This document shows positions 1 to 9,051 of a stretch of DNA of 64,000 nt, piece after piece (the first letter of the stretch is position 1; each line of letters begins with the position of its first letter). The notes beneath the pieces were generated by a model. That model did not search any database. It was not told the DNA's origin and saw nothing but the letters and a program-made list of their open reading frames with translations. Location of the stretch: positions 131,243 through 195,242 of the forward strand of contig CADBBQ010000002.1 in NCBI GenBank assembly GCA_902793005.1. The letters run 5' to 3'. The stretch is from an uncultured Pseudomonadota bacterium (GTDB taxonomy: Bacteria; Pseudomonadota; Alphaproteobacteria; Rs-D84). A program made the translations under genes and the position numbers.

Positions 1-297
1 GTTGATTTATTGACCAAGGTTCATTCTAAATTGGATAAAGATAATAAATCCATATTCTTGATTGAAACAACATATTCGGGTTTGGTTCAAATGGAAGAAG
101 AAAAAGACGAAGAAGCCAAACGTCGCACATTGCTGATTGATGTGCCACATATGTTGTTCCCGTCTGTTCGCGCATTGGTCACGCGTTTGACGGCGGAATC
201 TGGATTCCCGGCATTTGTTATGCAACCCGTTGATTTCGAGGCTTTGTACGAGCAGAGAAAAAACGCGGCACAACAAAATAAGCCTGCGAACCAATAA
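1..297 (+). CDS. secB: protein-export chaperone SecB, C-terminal part (5' end outside window)
   Basis: The frame is open from base 1 to the TAA at 295-297. FLIETTYSGLVQ...LLIDVPHMLFPSVRALVTRLTAESGFPAFVMQPVDFEALY matches the conserved SecB C-terminal core. Confidence 0.85.
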   Translation, partial: VDLLTKVHSKLDKDNKSIFLIETTYSGLVQMEEEKDEEAKRRTLLIDVPHMLFPSVRALVTRLTAESGFPAFVMQPVDFEALYEQRKNAAQQNKPANQ

Positions 298-344
298 AAA
301 TTTTTTTCGGTTGGAGATTTTTATTATTGGAGTTAGTAGTTCTC

Positions 345-376
345 ATCCCCCATTTTATGGGGGATAAATTTTTTTG
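345..376 (+). terminator. rho-independent terminator after secB
   Basis: Stem ATCCCCCA (345-352) pairs with TGGGGGAT (358-365) around loop TTTTA. A T-run follows at 369-376. Confidence 0.7.
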
Positions 377-402
377 TGCGGTTTGTGTTATCGGTAAATT
401 TG

Positions 403-411
403 TGATATAAT
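403..411 (+). promoter_or_regulatory. extended -10 promoter element TGaTATAAT
   Basis: TGATATAAT lies 26 nt upstream of the TTG start at 437, and a GGAGAGAG Shine-Dalgarno lies in between. Confidence 0.45.
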
Positions 412-436
412 ATTTTGGCAATTTACGGAGAGAGAT

Positions 437-1645
437 TTGGCAAAAGAACAATATATCGCAATAAATGAAAATGTTGATGGGTATTCGTTTGCAAACCTGG
501 GGTTGTTTACGGGGTTTGCATCGGGTATTTATAATGCGGTTTATTCGTTGGTAATTCTTGGAATTTTTACCGGAATTTTGGGAAATGAAAATCTGGCGTC
601 GTCGGTTGTTGGTGTTTATGTCGCGTTGTATTCGATTTTTTGTATGATTTTGGGCGTGTTTTCCAAAGAATTATTACGTTGGTTTTCCAAGGCCCGATTA
701 TTATATACGGCATTTTTATTGGTTGTTGTTTGCTATGCAATGATGAGTTTTTCGGTTAAACCGATGACTTTTATTACATTGGATTATGTGTCGGGAATTG
801 GTTCTACAATTATCGGTATTTTAATTCCATTGTTTATGGCGGATTTTTCAAAAAATATCGGGATGGCTAAATTAAATGCGCGATATTATTTTTGGGTTAA
901 TATTGGTGCATTGATTGCGCCACTGTTTGCGTTAAGTATGGCCGAGTGGTTTGGTAATTATCGTATTCCGTTTTTGGCGTCGGCAATGATTTATGCGGGT
1001 GGGTTGCTGTTTTTTAAACGGTTCGGTATTGTGCAAATGGACAAAGAAATAAAAAATGTAAATCCTCGTCGCACTATGAAATCATTATGGGTTAATACTT
1101 TGCTGTTTTTCCGGCGGAGTGGTATGCCACGTGCATATGCAGTGAATTTCGGATTTTATGCGTTGTCGGCGATGCGTGTGTTGTATGTGCCTATTATTGT
1201 CATAGAGCAGGGGTTTTCCGCAAATGTTTTGGGTTGGGTTTTAACCATTGGTATTTTGCCGTATATAATTTTTGATTTGTTTATTGGAAATTTGGTTCGT
1301 CGTGTTGGACCGCGTGTTTTGATGACAATTGGTATGGCGTCGTTCGCCGTTTTTGCCGCATTGGCAATGTTTTTGTCCGGATACGCTTTGTTGGCGGTGT
1401 TTATCCTGTGGCAGATATCTGGGGCGTTTATGGAACCGGTACACGATTTGTTTTTCTTTGATAATACCCAGAAAAATGAACAGTCCCGTTTTTATGGCGT
1501 GTTCAAAACAACATCTTACCTGCCCAAGGTTATTGCCCCGATTTTGGGTGCCGCCTGCATTGCAGTAACAGGAACAACCGCGTCTGTGTGGGGTGTTTCG
1601 ATTGTGGTGTGTGTGTTCACATTATTTATGTTGTCTCGCAAATAA
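437..1645 (+). CDS. MFS-type membrane transporter (family-level call only)
   Basis: 402-aa ORF with a TTG start after GGAGAGAG. It is hydrophobic throughout, with about 12 helix-length segments. Confidence 0.6.
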   Translation: MAKEQYIAINENVDGYSFANLGLFTGFASGIYNAVYSLVILGIFTGILGNENLASSVVGVYVALYSIFCMILGVFSKELLRWFSKARLLYTAFLLVVVCYAMMSFSVKPMTFITLDYVSGIGSTIIGILIPLFMADFSKNIGMAKLNARYYFWVNIGALIAPLFALSMAEWFGNYRIPFLASAMIYAGGLLFFKRFGIVQMDKEIKNVNPRRTMKSLWVNTLLFFRRSGMPRAYAVNFGFYALSAMRVLYVPIIVIEQGFSANVLGWVLTIGILPYIIFDLFIGNLVRRVGPRVLMTIGMASFAVFAALAMFLSGYALLAVFILWQISGAFMEPVHDLFFFDNTQKNEQSRFYGVFKTTSYLPKVIAPILGAACIAVTGTTASVWGVSIVVCVFTLFMLSRK

Positions 1646-1759
1646 ATATGGAAACATAATGGGTGTCTACTTGTTGTTTATTCGTTTATGTAGCACTTGT
1701 ACACTGCACTCATAAACAACGGCGTATACACCGCGTTATATTTCCATATTTGATTTGCG
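1637..1759. repeat. REP-like palindromic element, copy E1
   Basis: The core is GGGTGTCTACTTG...TTTATGTAGCACTTGTACACTGCACTC...GCGTATACACC. The outer stem CGCAAATAAATATGGAAACATAA (1637-1659, includes the stop codon at 1643-1645) is mirrored by TTATATTTCCATATTTGATTTGCG (1736-1759). Confidence 0.75.
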
Positions 1760-1791
1760 GGGGTATTTGGTTTTTTATTTTTTTATCATAC

Positions 1792-1820
1792 TTGCAAATG
1801 TAGATTTTTCCTAGTATCAT
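1792..1820 (+). promoter_or_regulatory. sigma70-type promoter upstream of recA
   Basis: TTGCAA (1792-1797), a 17-nt spacer, then TATCAT (1815-1820). The recA ATG is at 1850 after AAAGGGGA. Confidence 0.5.
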
Positions 1821-1849
1821 TTAATCAGAATTAAAAAAGGGGAATATTT

Positions 1850-2926
1850 ATGGCAAAGAAAGAAAAAGATGTGGCCGCGACGCCTGCTAAAAATCCGGCG
1901 TTGGAATCTGCATTGGCACAAATTCAAAAACAATTCGGTAAAGAAGCCATTATGAAAATGGGTGATGGCAGCCAACAAAATATCGAGGCGATATCATCCG
2001 GGTCATTGGGGTTGGATATTGCGTTGGGTATCGGTGGTTATCCTCGTGGTCGTATCGTTGAAATTTATGGACCGGAAAGCTCGGGTAAAACAACGCTTGC
2101 TTTGCACGCCGTGGCCGAGGCACAAAAAAAGGGTGGCACGTGTGCGTATATTGATGCGGAAAATGCGCTGGACCCGTCATATGCCAAAAAATTGGGTTGT
2201 AATGTTTCGGAATTGATTATTTCTCAACCGGATTCCGGTGAACAAGCATTGGAAATCGCCGATACATTGATTAAATCTGGGGCGGTTGATGTCGTTGTTA
2301 TCGATTCGGTTGCGGCTTTGGTGCCCAAGGCTGAATTAGAGGGTAATATCGGGGATTCTTTTGTTGGAACAACGGCGCGTTTGATGTCGCAATCGCTTAA
2401 AAAATTGGCGGGGTCTGTGTCGCGCAGTAATACATTATTGATTTTCATCAATCAAATTCGTATGAAAATTGGTGTGATGTTTGGTAACCCGGAAACAACA
2501 TCGGGTGGTAATGCGTTGAAATTCTATGCGTCTGTGCGGTTGGATATTCGTCGGACCGGCGCAATCAAGGATAAAGAAAATGTTATCGGTAATGAAACAC
2601 GCGTTAAAATTGTTAAAAACAAGGTTGCACCACCGTTCAGAACCGTTGATTTCAAAATTATGTATGGCGAGGGTATTTCACGTGTATCTGAAATTTTAGA
2701 TATGGGTGTGAAATACAATATCATTGAAAAGGCCGGTTCGTTTTATTCGTACAATAACGAACGTATGGGCCAAGGCGAGGCCAATGCTCGTCAATGGTTG
2801 CGCGACCATCCGGATGTTCAACAAGAATTGTTGGATAAGATTATGGCCCAGGCCAATGGTATTGCCGAAGAAATGACAACCGGGCCCGTGGACGAAGATG
2901 ATGCATCTGGGAATGTGGAAGAATAA
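1850..2926 (+). CDS. recA: recombinase RecA
   Basis: [13 protein letters not shown] Walker [29 protein letters not shown] and [37 protein letters not shown] motifs. Confidence 0.98.
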   Translation: MAKKEKDVAATPAKNPALESALAQIQKQFGKEAIMKMGDGSQQNIEAISSGSLGLDIALGIGGYPRGRIVEIYGPESSGKTTLALHAVAEAQKKGGTCAYIDAENALDPSYAKKLGCNVSELIISQPDSGEQALEIADTLIKSGAVDVVVIDSVAALVPKAELEGNIGDSFVGTTARLMSQSLKKLAGSVSRSNTLLIFINQIRMKIGVMFGNPETTSGGNALKFYASVRLDIRRTGAIKDKENVIGNETRVKIVKNKVAPPFRTVDFKIMYGEGISRVSEILDMGVKYNIIEKAGSFYSYNNERMGQGEANARQWLRDHPDVQQELLDKIMAQANGIAEEMTTGPVDEDDASGNVEE

Positions 2927-2983
2927 AATGTTAGGGCGGCACAGGTTTGTGTCGCCTGAAATTTAATAATAAAAGGATACTTT

Positions 2984-3892
2984 ATGAATTTCGCAAGAGC
3001 AATCGCAACAACAAAATTGGTTTTGGTTGGGCATATTTTTAATTGGCATTTTTTTGACCGTGTCGCGCGGCGGCGTGTGCGGACGGATGCGACTGCAAAA
3101 ATTGTGTCAAATTATTTTAAACGCTATTTGCCGGCGGTGAAATCTGTGCCCGAGGTTGATGTGGTCAAGGATGATAAAAATGATAAAATTTGGACACTGT
3201 GGTTGCAAGGCGAAGAAAATGCACCTGCGTTGGTGCGTGCGTGTTTCCGCAGTGTGCGTCGGCATTGTAAACAAGAATTGGTTGTGTTGGATGCGAAAAC
3301 GGTTTTTGATTATATATCGCTGCCAGAGGAAATAGTCCAAAAATATAAAGATGGAAAAATTGGACACGCGCATTTTGCCGATATTTGTCGTGTTGAATTG
3401 CTGTATCGGTATGGCGGGTATTGGTTGGATTCAACCGGATTTGTGACCGCACCAATCCCAGATTGGATAGAGGCACAAGATTACTTTATGTATTTAACAG
3501 GCGATAATTACAATATCGGGGGCAGTCCGTACAGTTTTTGCCAAAACTGTTTTATTCGTGCGCGTCGGGGGGCGTTTTTGCTGGCGGCGTGGCGGGCTAT
3601 GATTTTGGATTATTGGATGCACGAAAATCATACTTTTGATTATTTTATGCATCAATTGTTATTCAAAACATTGGTTGAAAACGATGCGCGTGCCAAAAAG
3701 TATTTTGAAAAAATGCCACACGTCGCCCAAGACCCAACACACGTTTTATGGTGGGCGTATAATGATAAACCGTTTGATAAAAAGAAATTCGATGAATTGA
3801 CATCGGGTGCGTTTTTCCAAAAAACAACATATCGTGGTTCGGAAAATCCGGTGCCGGGCTCTTTTGCTGATGTGATGATAAATAAAATGTAG
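2984..3892 (+). CDS. capsular-polysaccharide-synthesis-type glycosyltransferase (GT32-like)
   Basis: IWTLWLQGEENAP...FADICRVELLYRYGGYWLDSTGF resembles the Caps_synth / Gly_transf_sug signature. Confidence 0.55.
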   Translation: MNFARAIATTKLVLVGHIFNWHFFDRVARRRVRTDATAKIVSNYFKRYLPAVKSVPEVDVVKDDKNDKIWTLWLQGEENAPALVRACFRSVRRHCKQELVVLDAKTVFDYISLPEEIVQKYKDGKIGHAHFADICRVELLYRYGGYWLDSTGFVTAPIPDWIEAQDYFMYLTGDNYNIGGSPYSFCQNCFIRARRGAFLLAAWRAMILDYWMHENHTFDYFMHQLLFKTLVENDARAKKYFEKMPHVAQDPTHVLWWAYNDKPFDKKKFDELTSGAFFQKTTYRGSENPVPGSFADVMINKM

Positions 3893-3901
3893 GAGATTTT
3901 T

Positions 3902-4927
3902 ATGCCAAATAAAAAACCAAAAATTTCTATCATTATTCCAATGTATGGTGTGGAAAAATATTTGCCGCGTTGTTTGGATTCGGTGCTGGCACAGACTTTT
4001 ACCGATTGGCAGGCGATTTTGGTGGATGATGGGTCGCCGGATAAATCAGGCGAGATTGCGGAAAATTACGCTGCGCGTGATAAACGATTCGTTGTTGTGC
4101 ATAAAGAAAATGGCGGTCTGTCGGATGCGCGAAATGCGGGGATGCCATATGCAAATGGCGAATATATTATGTATTTGGACAGTGATGATTTTATTCATCC
4201 GCAAACAATGGAAATTGCGTATTCTTTGGCGCAAGAAAATAATTCTGATATTGTGTCGTTTACATATGACCGGTTTTATCGGCCACAACTGATGGTTTAT
4301 CACAAGTTGGGGTTTGATACGGACAATGTTGTGCCACGTGGTATTAAAAAACGGTATGATACCCATAAAATAAAATCCAAGACCGTGTCTGATGTGTATG
4401 AATATGCCACCGACAGTGCGCACAATGCGTTCCGTAAAAACCGTAAATGGCTGATTAAACATTGCCAGGTGTGGAAAAATATGTATCGGCGGTCGCTGGT
4501 TGCGGATATCCCATTTATCAAGGGAATTTTGTTCGAAGATTTTCCGTGGTGGTCGCGTGTGATGCTGCGCAATCCGCGTGTTACAATTGCGCCATTGCCG
4601 TTGTATTATTATATTCCGAACTTTGGTGGAATTGTGTTAAGCGCAAAGCAACTGCGCATTATGCAAAGTTTAATCGCAGGTATCAAAGATGCGTTTGTTT
4701 TATATCGTGACCAGGCATCCGCGCACCAGATGAAATTATGGTCTGACAATTTTTTGTGGTTTTTTATTAATTGGGCGTTTCGCAAAATTAAATATTTAAA
4801 AACTGATGAAGAGTTGGCAATTGCTCGTCAAGAATTTACCGATTTATATAATTTGGGTGTGTTTGAACGGGTTCCGAAAAATCGTCGGAAATTGGTGTTG
4901 AAAATATTTGATTTTATTGGGAAATAA
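3902..4927 (+). CDS. family 2 glycosyltransferase
   Basis: ISIIIPMYGVEKYLPRCLDSVLAQTFTDWQAILVDDGSPD...YLDSDDF is the canonical GT2 N-terminal domain. Confidence 0.8.
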   Translation: MPNKKPKISIIIPMYGVEKYLPRCLDSVLAQTFTDWQAILVDDGSPDKSGEIAENYAARDKRFVVVHKENGGLSDARNAGMPYANGEYIMYLDSDDFIHPQTMEIAYSLAQENNSDIVSFTYDRFYRPQLMVYHKLGFDTDNVVPRGIKKRYDTHKIKSKTVSDVYEYATDSAHNAFRKNRKWLIKHCQVWKNMYRRSLVADIPFIKGILFEDFPWWSRVMLRNPRVTIAPLPLYYYIPNFGGIVLSAKQLRIMQSLIAGIKDAFVLYRDQASAHQMKLWSDNFLWFFINWAFRKIKYLKTDEELAIARQEFTDLYNLGVFERVPKNRRKLVLKIFDFIGK

Positions 4928-4931
4928 TTCA

Positions 4932-6056
4932 ATGACCAGGCGTGTTGCATTTTGTTTGCGTGATATGTGGTTGGGCGGGGTCGAATCTGTATTGGTTCGC
5001 ACTTTGTCTGAATTGGCGCGTGATAAAAATTTTGATATTACCGTTGTGACATATGTTGATGTTGCGGAACCACAGTGGGTTGATTGGTTTGAACATCATC
5101 CAAATATAAAACGTGCTGTTTTATATCCATCAAAATATTTTGGAACGCGTATGCCACGATTTTTCTTGTGGCGCGTGATTAAACATATGTGTCGTGATGT
5201 TTATCGTTTTTGTTTGCGGGGGCGGGCTGTGCGATATTTATCAAAATTTGATACAGTTGTTGATTATCACGATTTTGGTTTTGCGCGTGAATTAAAAAGT
5301 ATAAAAAATGTAAAAAAAATTGCGTGGTTTCACAGTTCGATTTCTGTATTTCAAAAACGTAATTTTTCCCGGAATCTGTGCATATACGACAAAGTTATTG
5401 TGTTGACGGATGATTGTGCAACCGAATTAAAATCGTTGTATCCACAATATGCTGATAAATTTATGCGTTTGTATAACCCAATAGATGCGGATAATATAAA
5501 ATCAAAATCCACAGAAAAATGTCCTGTGCGGGGAAAATATTTTTGTTCGGTTGCGCGGATGAGTTATGATAAAGATATTTGGACACTGTTAAATGCGTTT
5601 GATTTGTTTTGGAAAAAACACAAATCTGTTAAATTGGTGTTGGTTGGTGGTGGCGATAAACAAAGTGTTTTTGAAAAGTATGCGGAAAAATTAGCATCAC
5701 ATAAAAATATTTTATTTGTGGGGGCACAGAAAAATCCGTATCCGTATGTTGTTGGTGCCATCGCGCACATATTATCCAGTTATGGCGAAGGTTTGCCCAC
5801 GGTTTTGATAGAGGCGCAGGCTCTGGGTGTATTAAATATTGCGTCGAATTGTAAATATGGGCCACGCGAAATTTTAATGGATGGTGCGGCGGGTGTCTTG
5901 TTCGCGCCGGGGGATGTAAAAAACTTGGCGAACAAAATGACCGATGTATATGAAAATAATATAGATGTGTGCGAAATGATAAAATTATCTACGCGTGAAT
6001 TAAAACGATTCGCAAATGACGCGGTTATAAAACAAATTAAACACCTGATTTTTTAA
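4932..6056 (+). CDS. family 4 (GT-B) glycosyltransferase
   Basis: The start is taken at ATG 4932 (MTRRVAF...), just after the upstream stop. The C-terminal motif SSYGEGLPTVLIEAQALGV is present. Confidence 0.75.
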   Translation: MTRRVAFCLRDMWLGGVESVLVRTLSELARDKNFDITVVTYVDVAEPQWVDWFEHHPNIKRAVLYPSKYFGTRMPRFFLWRVIKHMCRDVYRFCLRGRAVRYLSKFDTVVDYHDFGFARELKSIKNVKKIAWFHSSISVFQKRNFSRNLCIYDKVIVLTDDCATELKSLYPQYADKFMRLYNPIDADNIKSKSTEKCPVRGKYFCSVARMSYDKDIWTLLNAFDLFWKKHKSVKLVLVGGGDKQSVFEKYAEKLASHKNILFVGAQKNPYPYVVGAIAHILSSYGEGLPTVLIEAQALGVLNIASNCKYGPREILMDGAAGVLFAPGDVKNLANKMTDVYENNIDVCEMIKLSTRELKRFANDAVIKQIKHLIF

Positions 6057-6873
6057 AGCGTGCGGGTATTTTAACAACCGGTTTTATCCCCATCATTGCG
6101 GGTTTACGCAATGCGTAAATTGGTCGCAAATATGTTTGTAAAATGCGTGCAATGCGCAGCCATTTTTCATCACGGATTTTTGAATTCGTGACCGCGTTGA
6201 TTGTGCCGTTTCCGCGCCGACGCAGGTGATTTAACCAATCGGTGCCGCGGGCGGCGGCTTTGCGTTCCAACATTTTTAAATCAATTGCACCAAAGTGTAA
6301 TAAATATAAATTTTTATCAATGTGGAAATTGTGATGGCGGATACTGTGGAAACCACTGCCCCAGGGGGCGGCGATTGTCTTTACCACGGGTTTTGTGTAT
6401 CGCGTGGATAACAGGGCAAATTCCCGTTGTTCCAGAAATGGTGCGTCCGTGTCCAGTTCATTTTCGCAATTCAAGTTTTGCCCAATGTCCAGTCCCAATC
6501 CAGACAGTGTGTTTTTGATTTTTTTCGTGGATAAATATTCGGCCAGATTCATTTTTGTGTTTGGGTCAACAATTAAAAATTCATCCGCGTCGCATCCGAT
6601 AACTATGTCGTATGTTTTTAATAATTCGGTGGCCAGGTCTGATAATTTTCCAATGCGATATTTGTCGCCCGCGGCGCGAGACATCGGTTCGTGTTCCAAT
6701 TTTGTTATATGTGCGTTGCCGGCGTTTTTGGGTATTGTCTGGTCAATGCCGTCCAAGATAATATATAAATTTTTGGTGCCAAATTGTTTGCCGTAATACG
6801 CAATCCATCGGGACAAGAAAAATTCATCGTCGCGCGCCATTGTTATTGCAGCAATTTTTTTTGTTTTTTTCAT
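6037..6873 (-). CDS. glycosyltransferase family 2-like protein
   Basis: AAITMARDDEFFLSRWIAYYGKQFGTKNLYIILDGIDQ...IGCDADEF is a GT-A-like DXD pattern. It overlaps the upstream gene convergently by 20 nt. Confidence 0.45.
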   Translation of the reverse strand: MKKTKKIAAITMARDDEFFLSRWIAYYGKQFGTKNLYIILDGIDQTIPKNAGNAHITKLEHEPMSRAAGDKYRIGKLSDLATELLKTYDIVIGCDADEFLIVDPNTKMNLAEYLSTKKIKNTLSGLGLDIGQNLNCENELDTDAPFLEQREFALLSTRYTKPVVKTIAAPWGSGFHSIRHHNFHIDKNLYLLHFGAIDLKMLERKAAARGTDWLNHLRRRGNGTINAVTNSKIRDEKWLRIARILQTYLRPIYALRKPAMMGIKPVVKIPARFKKSGV

Positions 6874-6875
6874 TT

Positions 6876-7721
6876 TTATTTTTTCCTTAATTTTTTAATT
6901 GCGTATTTTGTTCCACGGACGATAGATGCAAATGGATTTGGGGTTAATAACCACGATATGTATTTTTGTGTATATGCACTGTTTGCGCCAGATAGCACCG
7001 CATTACGTGCGTCCGGTGCACATTTGTTTAGTATGTAATACAATTGATGTCCAATCGCGCCATTGTGTCGTGTGAACGACATTTTTTTTATAAAAGGGCA
7101 TCCCAATTTGAATAATCGGATTGGGTTGTTATAAACACTGCGCCCGCGACAAACAAATGGACAATACCAAGTGCCACCGTGTTGTTCCAGAATTTCAGTA
7201 AATTTATTTTCGTATAATACCGTAATCAGGTATTTGTGTGGCTGTTTTTTTACATCCATTATAAATTTATCGAACCATTTATGCATAAAAACACCGCGTC
7301 GCATACCGATAAACCACGATTGTATGTGGCGGTAATTGGTGTGGCGACTTTCCACCATACCAAACGCATCGGTGTTTTTTGATTCCATTTTTTCTAGTAC
7401 CGGTGTTAATTCGTGCAATGGCCCAAATACAGAATCGTTGACCATATATACAAAATCATAATTTTTTAAAATATCATTGTTTTTTGCGTATTCGTATGCG
7501 CGTTTATATGAACCAAAATCATATTCGCCGTGACGCGTTCCCATACGGGCAATCGTGTATTGTTTTATTTTGTTTAATTCAGAATCCGGACAATCGGAAT
7601 CCATACATAAAATAACATCGCCTGATTCAGACAAATTTTTTATGTAAAATACCAATGCATCGTCAATAACACCCCGTGCATCATAACCCGCAAATAAAAA
7701 AAGTCTTTTATTGTTGGACAT
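6876..7721 (-). CDS. rhamnan-synthesis protein F (RgpF)-like polysaccharide biosynthesis protein
   Basis: The N-terminus LFLFAGYDARGVIDDALVFYIKNLSESGDVILCMDSD and the overall length resemble RgpF-family proteins. Confidence 0.5.
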   Translation of the reverse strand: MSNNKRLFLFAGYDARGVIDDALVFYIKNLSESGDVILCMDSDCPDSELNKIKQYTIARMGTRHGEYDFGSYKRAYEYAKNNDILKNYDFVYMVNDSVFGPLHELTPVLEKMESKNTDAFGMVESRHTNYRHIQSWFIGMRRGVFMHKWFDKFIMDVKKQPHKYLITVLYENKFTEILEQHGGTWYCPFVCRGRSVYNNPIRLFKLGCPFIKKMSFTRHNGAIGHQLYYILNKCAPDARNAVLSGANSAYTQKYISWLLTPNPFASIVRGTKYAIKKLRKK

Positions 7722-7784
7722 ATTTTTACCATATGTTTATAATATACACGTTTTATTAGATTTTTGCAACTATAAGGATTTTTT

Positions 7785-8987
7785 ATGTGGTATAAAATGT
7801 TCGCAGACGCTGACTTTGAAAAATATTTCGAAAAATCAATCTCGCATCAATATATGCGTGATGTGTGTGTCCAAGAATTTGAACGGGGCATTATTGTGAA
7901 TGAACATCGGCACGGTTTTGGTGTGTTTGATAATAAATTTCACTTTGTAAAATCTTCGCGCCAGATGCGAAAAAATAATGGGCAATTTATACCAAAATTT
8001 AATCATAAAAATATTCCCTATATGGATGTGGATGCGGTGTTCGTTGGAAATGTGTTTCCACAATTTGGACATTTTTTATTGGAACATATGAACCGTGCAT
8101 ATGTGGCAATGGATAAAAAATACAAACGCGCAAAATTCGTCTTGGTAAATAACAAAGATGTAAATCCCGTACCAAATTATATGTTTGAATTGCTGGAATT
8201 GTTGGGGGTACGGCGTGAAAATATTTTAATATTAAATGAAACAACACAATTCCGCCGTGTTTATGTCCCAGACCAAGGATTTAATATTCCGGTTTATTCA
8301 TCGGATGCGTTTGGAAAAATGTATGATGCAATTGCGAAAAATGTAAAAATGCCACGCGAAAAATATGAAAAAATTTATGTGTCTCGCACTGCGATGCAAA
8401 CGCGTCGCACATATGGCGAAGGGGTGGTGCAGAAAATATTTGAAAAAAATGGGTATAAAATTATTTGGCCTGAAAAATTGCCACTGACCCAGCAAATTGG
8501 TTTAGTAAAAAATGCGCGTGTGTTGGCGGGGTGTGCGGGAACTGCGTTGCATTTGGCGTTGTTTATGAAGCCCGGCGGGACGGTTGTGCAAATAAAACGC
8601 AACAGACAGGCAAAATGTAATGCAGATATTCAAAACTTGATTAATGACACCAAAGGGTTAAACGGCGTGTTTATATCGGGTTCGGTCGAAGAAAAACCAA
8701 CCGACCATTGTTCAAGTGTGCCACAAATTATTGGGGTAAATCAGCATATGCGTGATTTCTTTGATGCATTTGGTTTTAAATATACGGCGCGTGATATGGT
8801 GCCGAGTAAAAAAGATTTGGCGGAATATGATGCGGCAATGGTGGAATATAATAAACAATATGGCAGTGTCGGATTAAATAATATCAAACATTTTATTATT
8901 CATTGGTCGTCTTGTTTTGTTCCGGGACGCGAAAGACGCGGAAATTTCCGTCGGTGGTTAAAACGAAAATTAAAGTACGAGGGATAG
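7785..8987 (+). CDS. GT61/DUF563-type glycosyltransferase
   Basis: FGHFLLEHMNR and the C-terminal YVSR...GY.IIWPE.L...QQI.L..NARVLAGCAGTALHLALFMKPG pattern are present. Confidence 0.5.
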   Translation: MWYKMFADADFEKYFEKSISHQYMRDVCVQEFERGIIVNEHRHGFGVFDNKFHFVKSSRQMRKNNGQFIPKFNHKNIPYMDVDAVFVGNVFPQFGHFLLEHMNRAYVAMDKKYKRAKFVLVNNKDVNPVPNYMFELLELLGVRRENILILNETTQFRRVYVPDQGFNIPVYSSDAFGKMYDAIAKNVKMPREKYEKIYVSRTAMQTRRTYGEGVVQKIFEKNGYKIIWPEKLPLTQQIGLVKNARVLAGCAGTALHLALFMKPGGTVVQIKRNRQAKCNADIQNLINDTKGLNGVFISGSVEEKPTDHCSSVPQIIGVNQHMRDFFDAFGFKYTARDMVPSKKDLAEYDAAMVEYNKQYGSVGLNNIKHFIIHWSSCFVPGRERRGNFRRWLKRKLKYEG

Positions 8988-8988
8988 T

Positions 8989-9022
8989 AAAAAAATGCCA
9001 GATTTTTATCTGGCATTTTTTT
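8989..9022. terminator. bidirectional rho-independent terminator
   Basis: An A-run, then stem ATGCCAGAT (8995-9003) pairing with ATCTGGCAT (9008-9016), then a T-run (9016-9022). It lies between convergent genes. Confidence 0.8.
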
Positions 9023-9051
9023 GTGCTGAGTGCATTGTTTCCGGGAAATTT

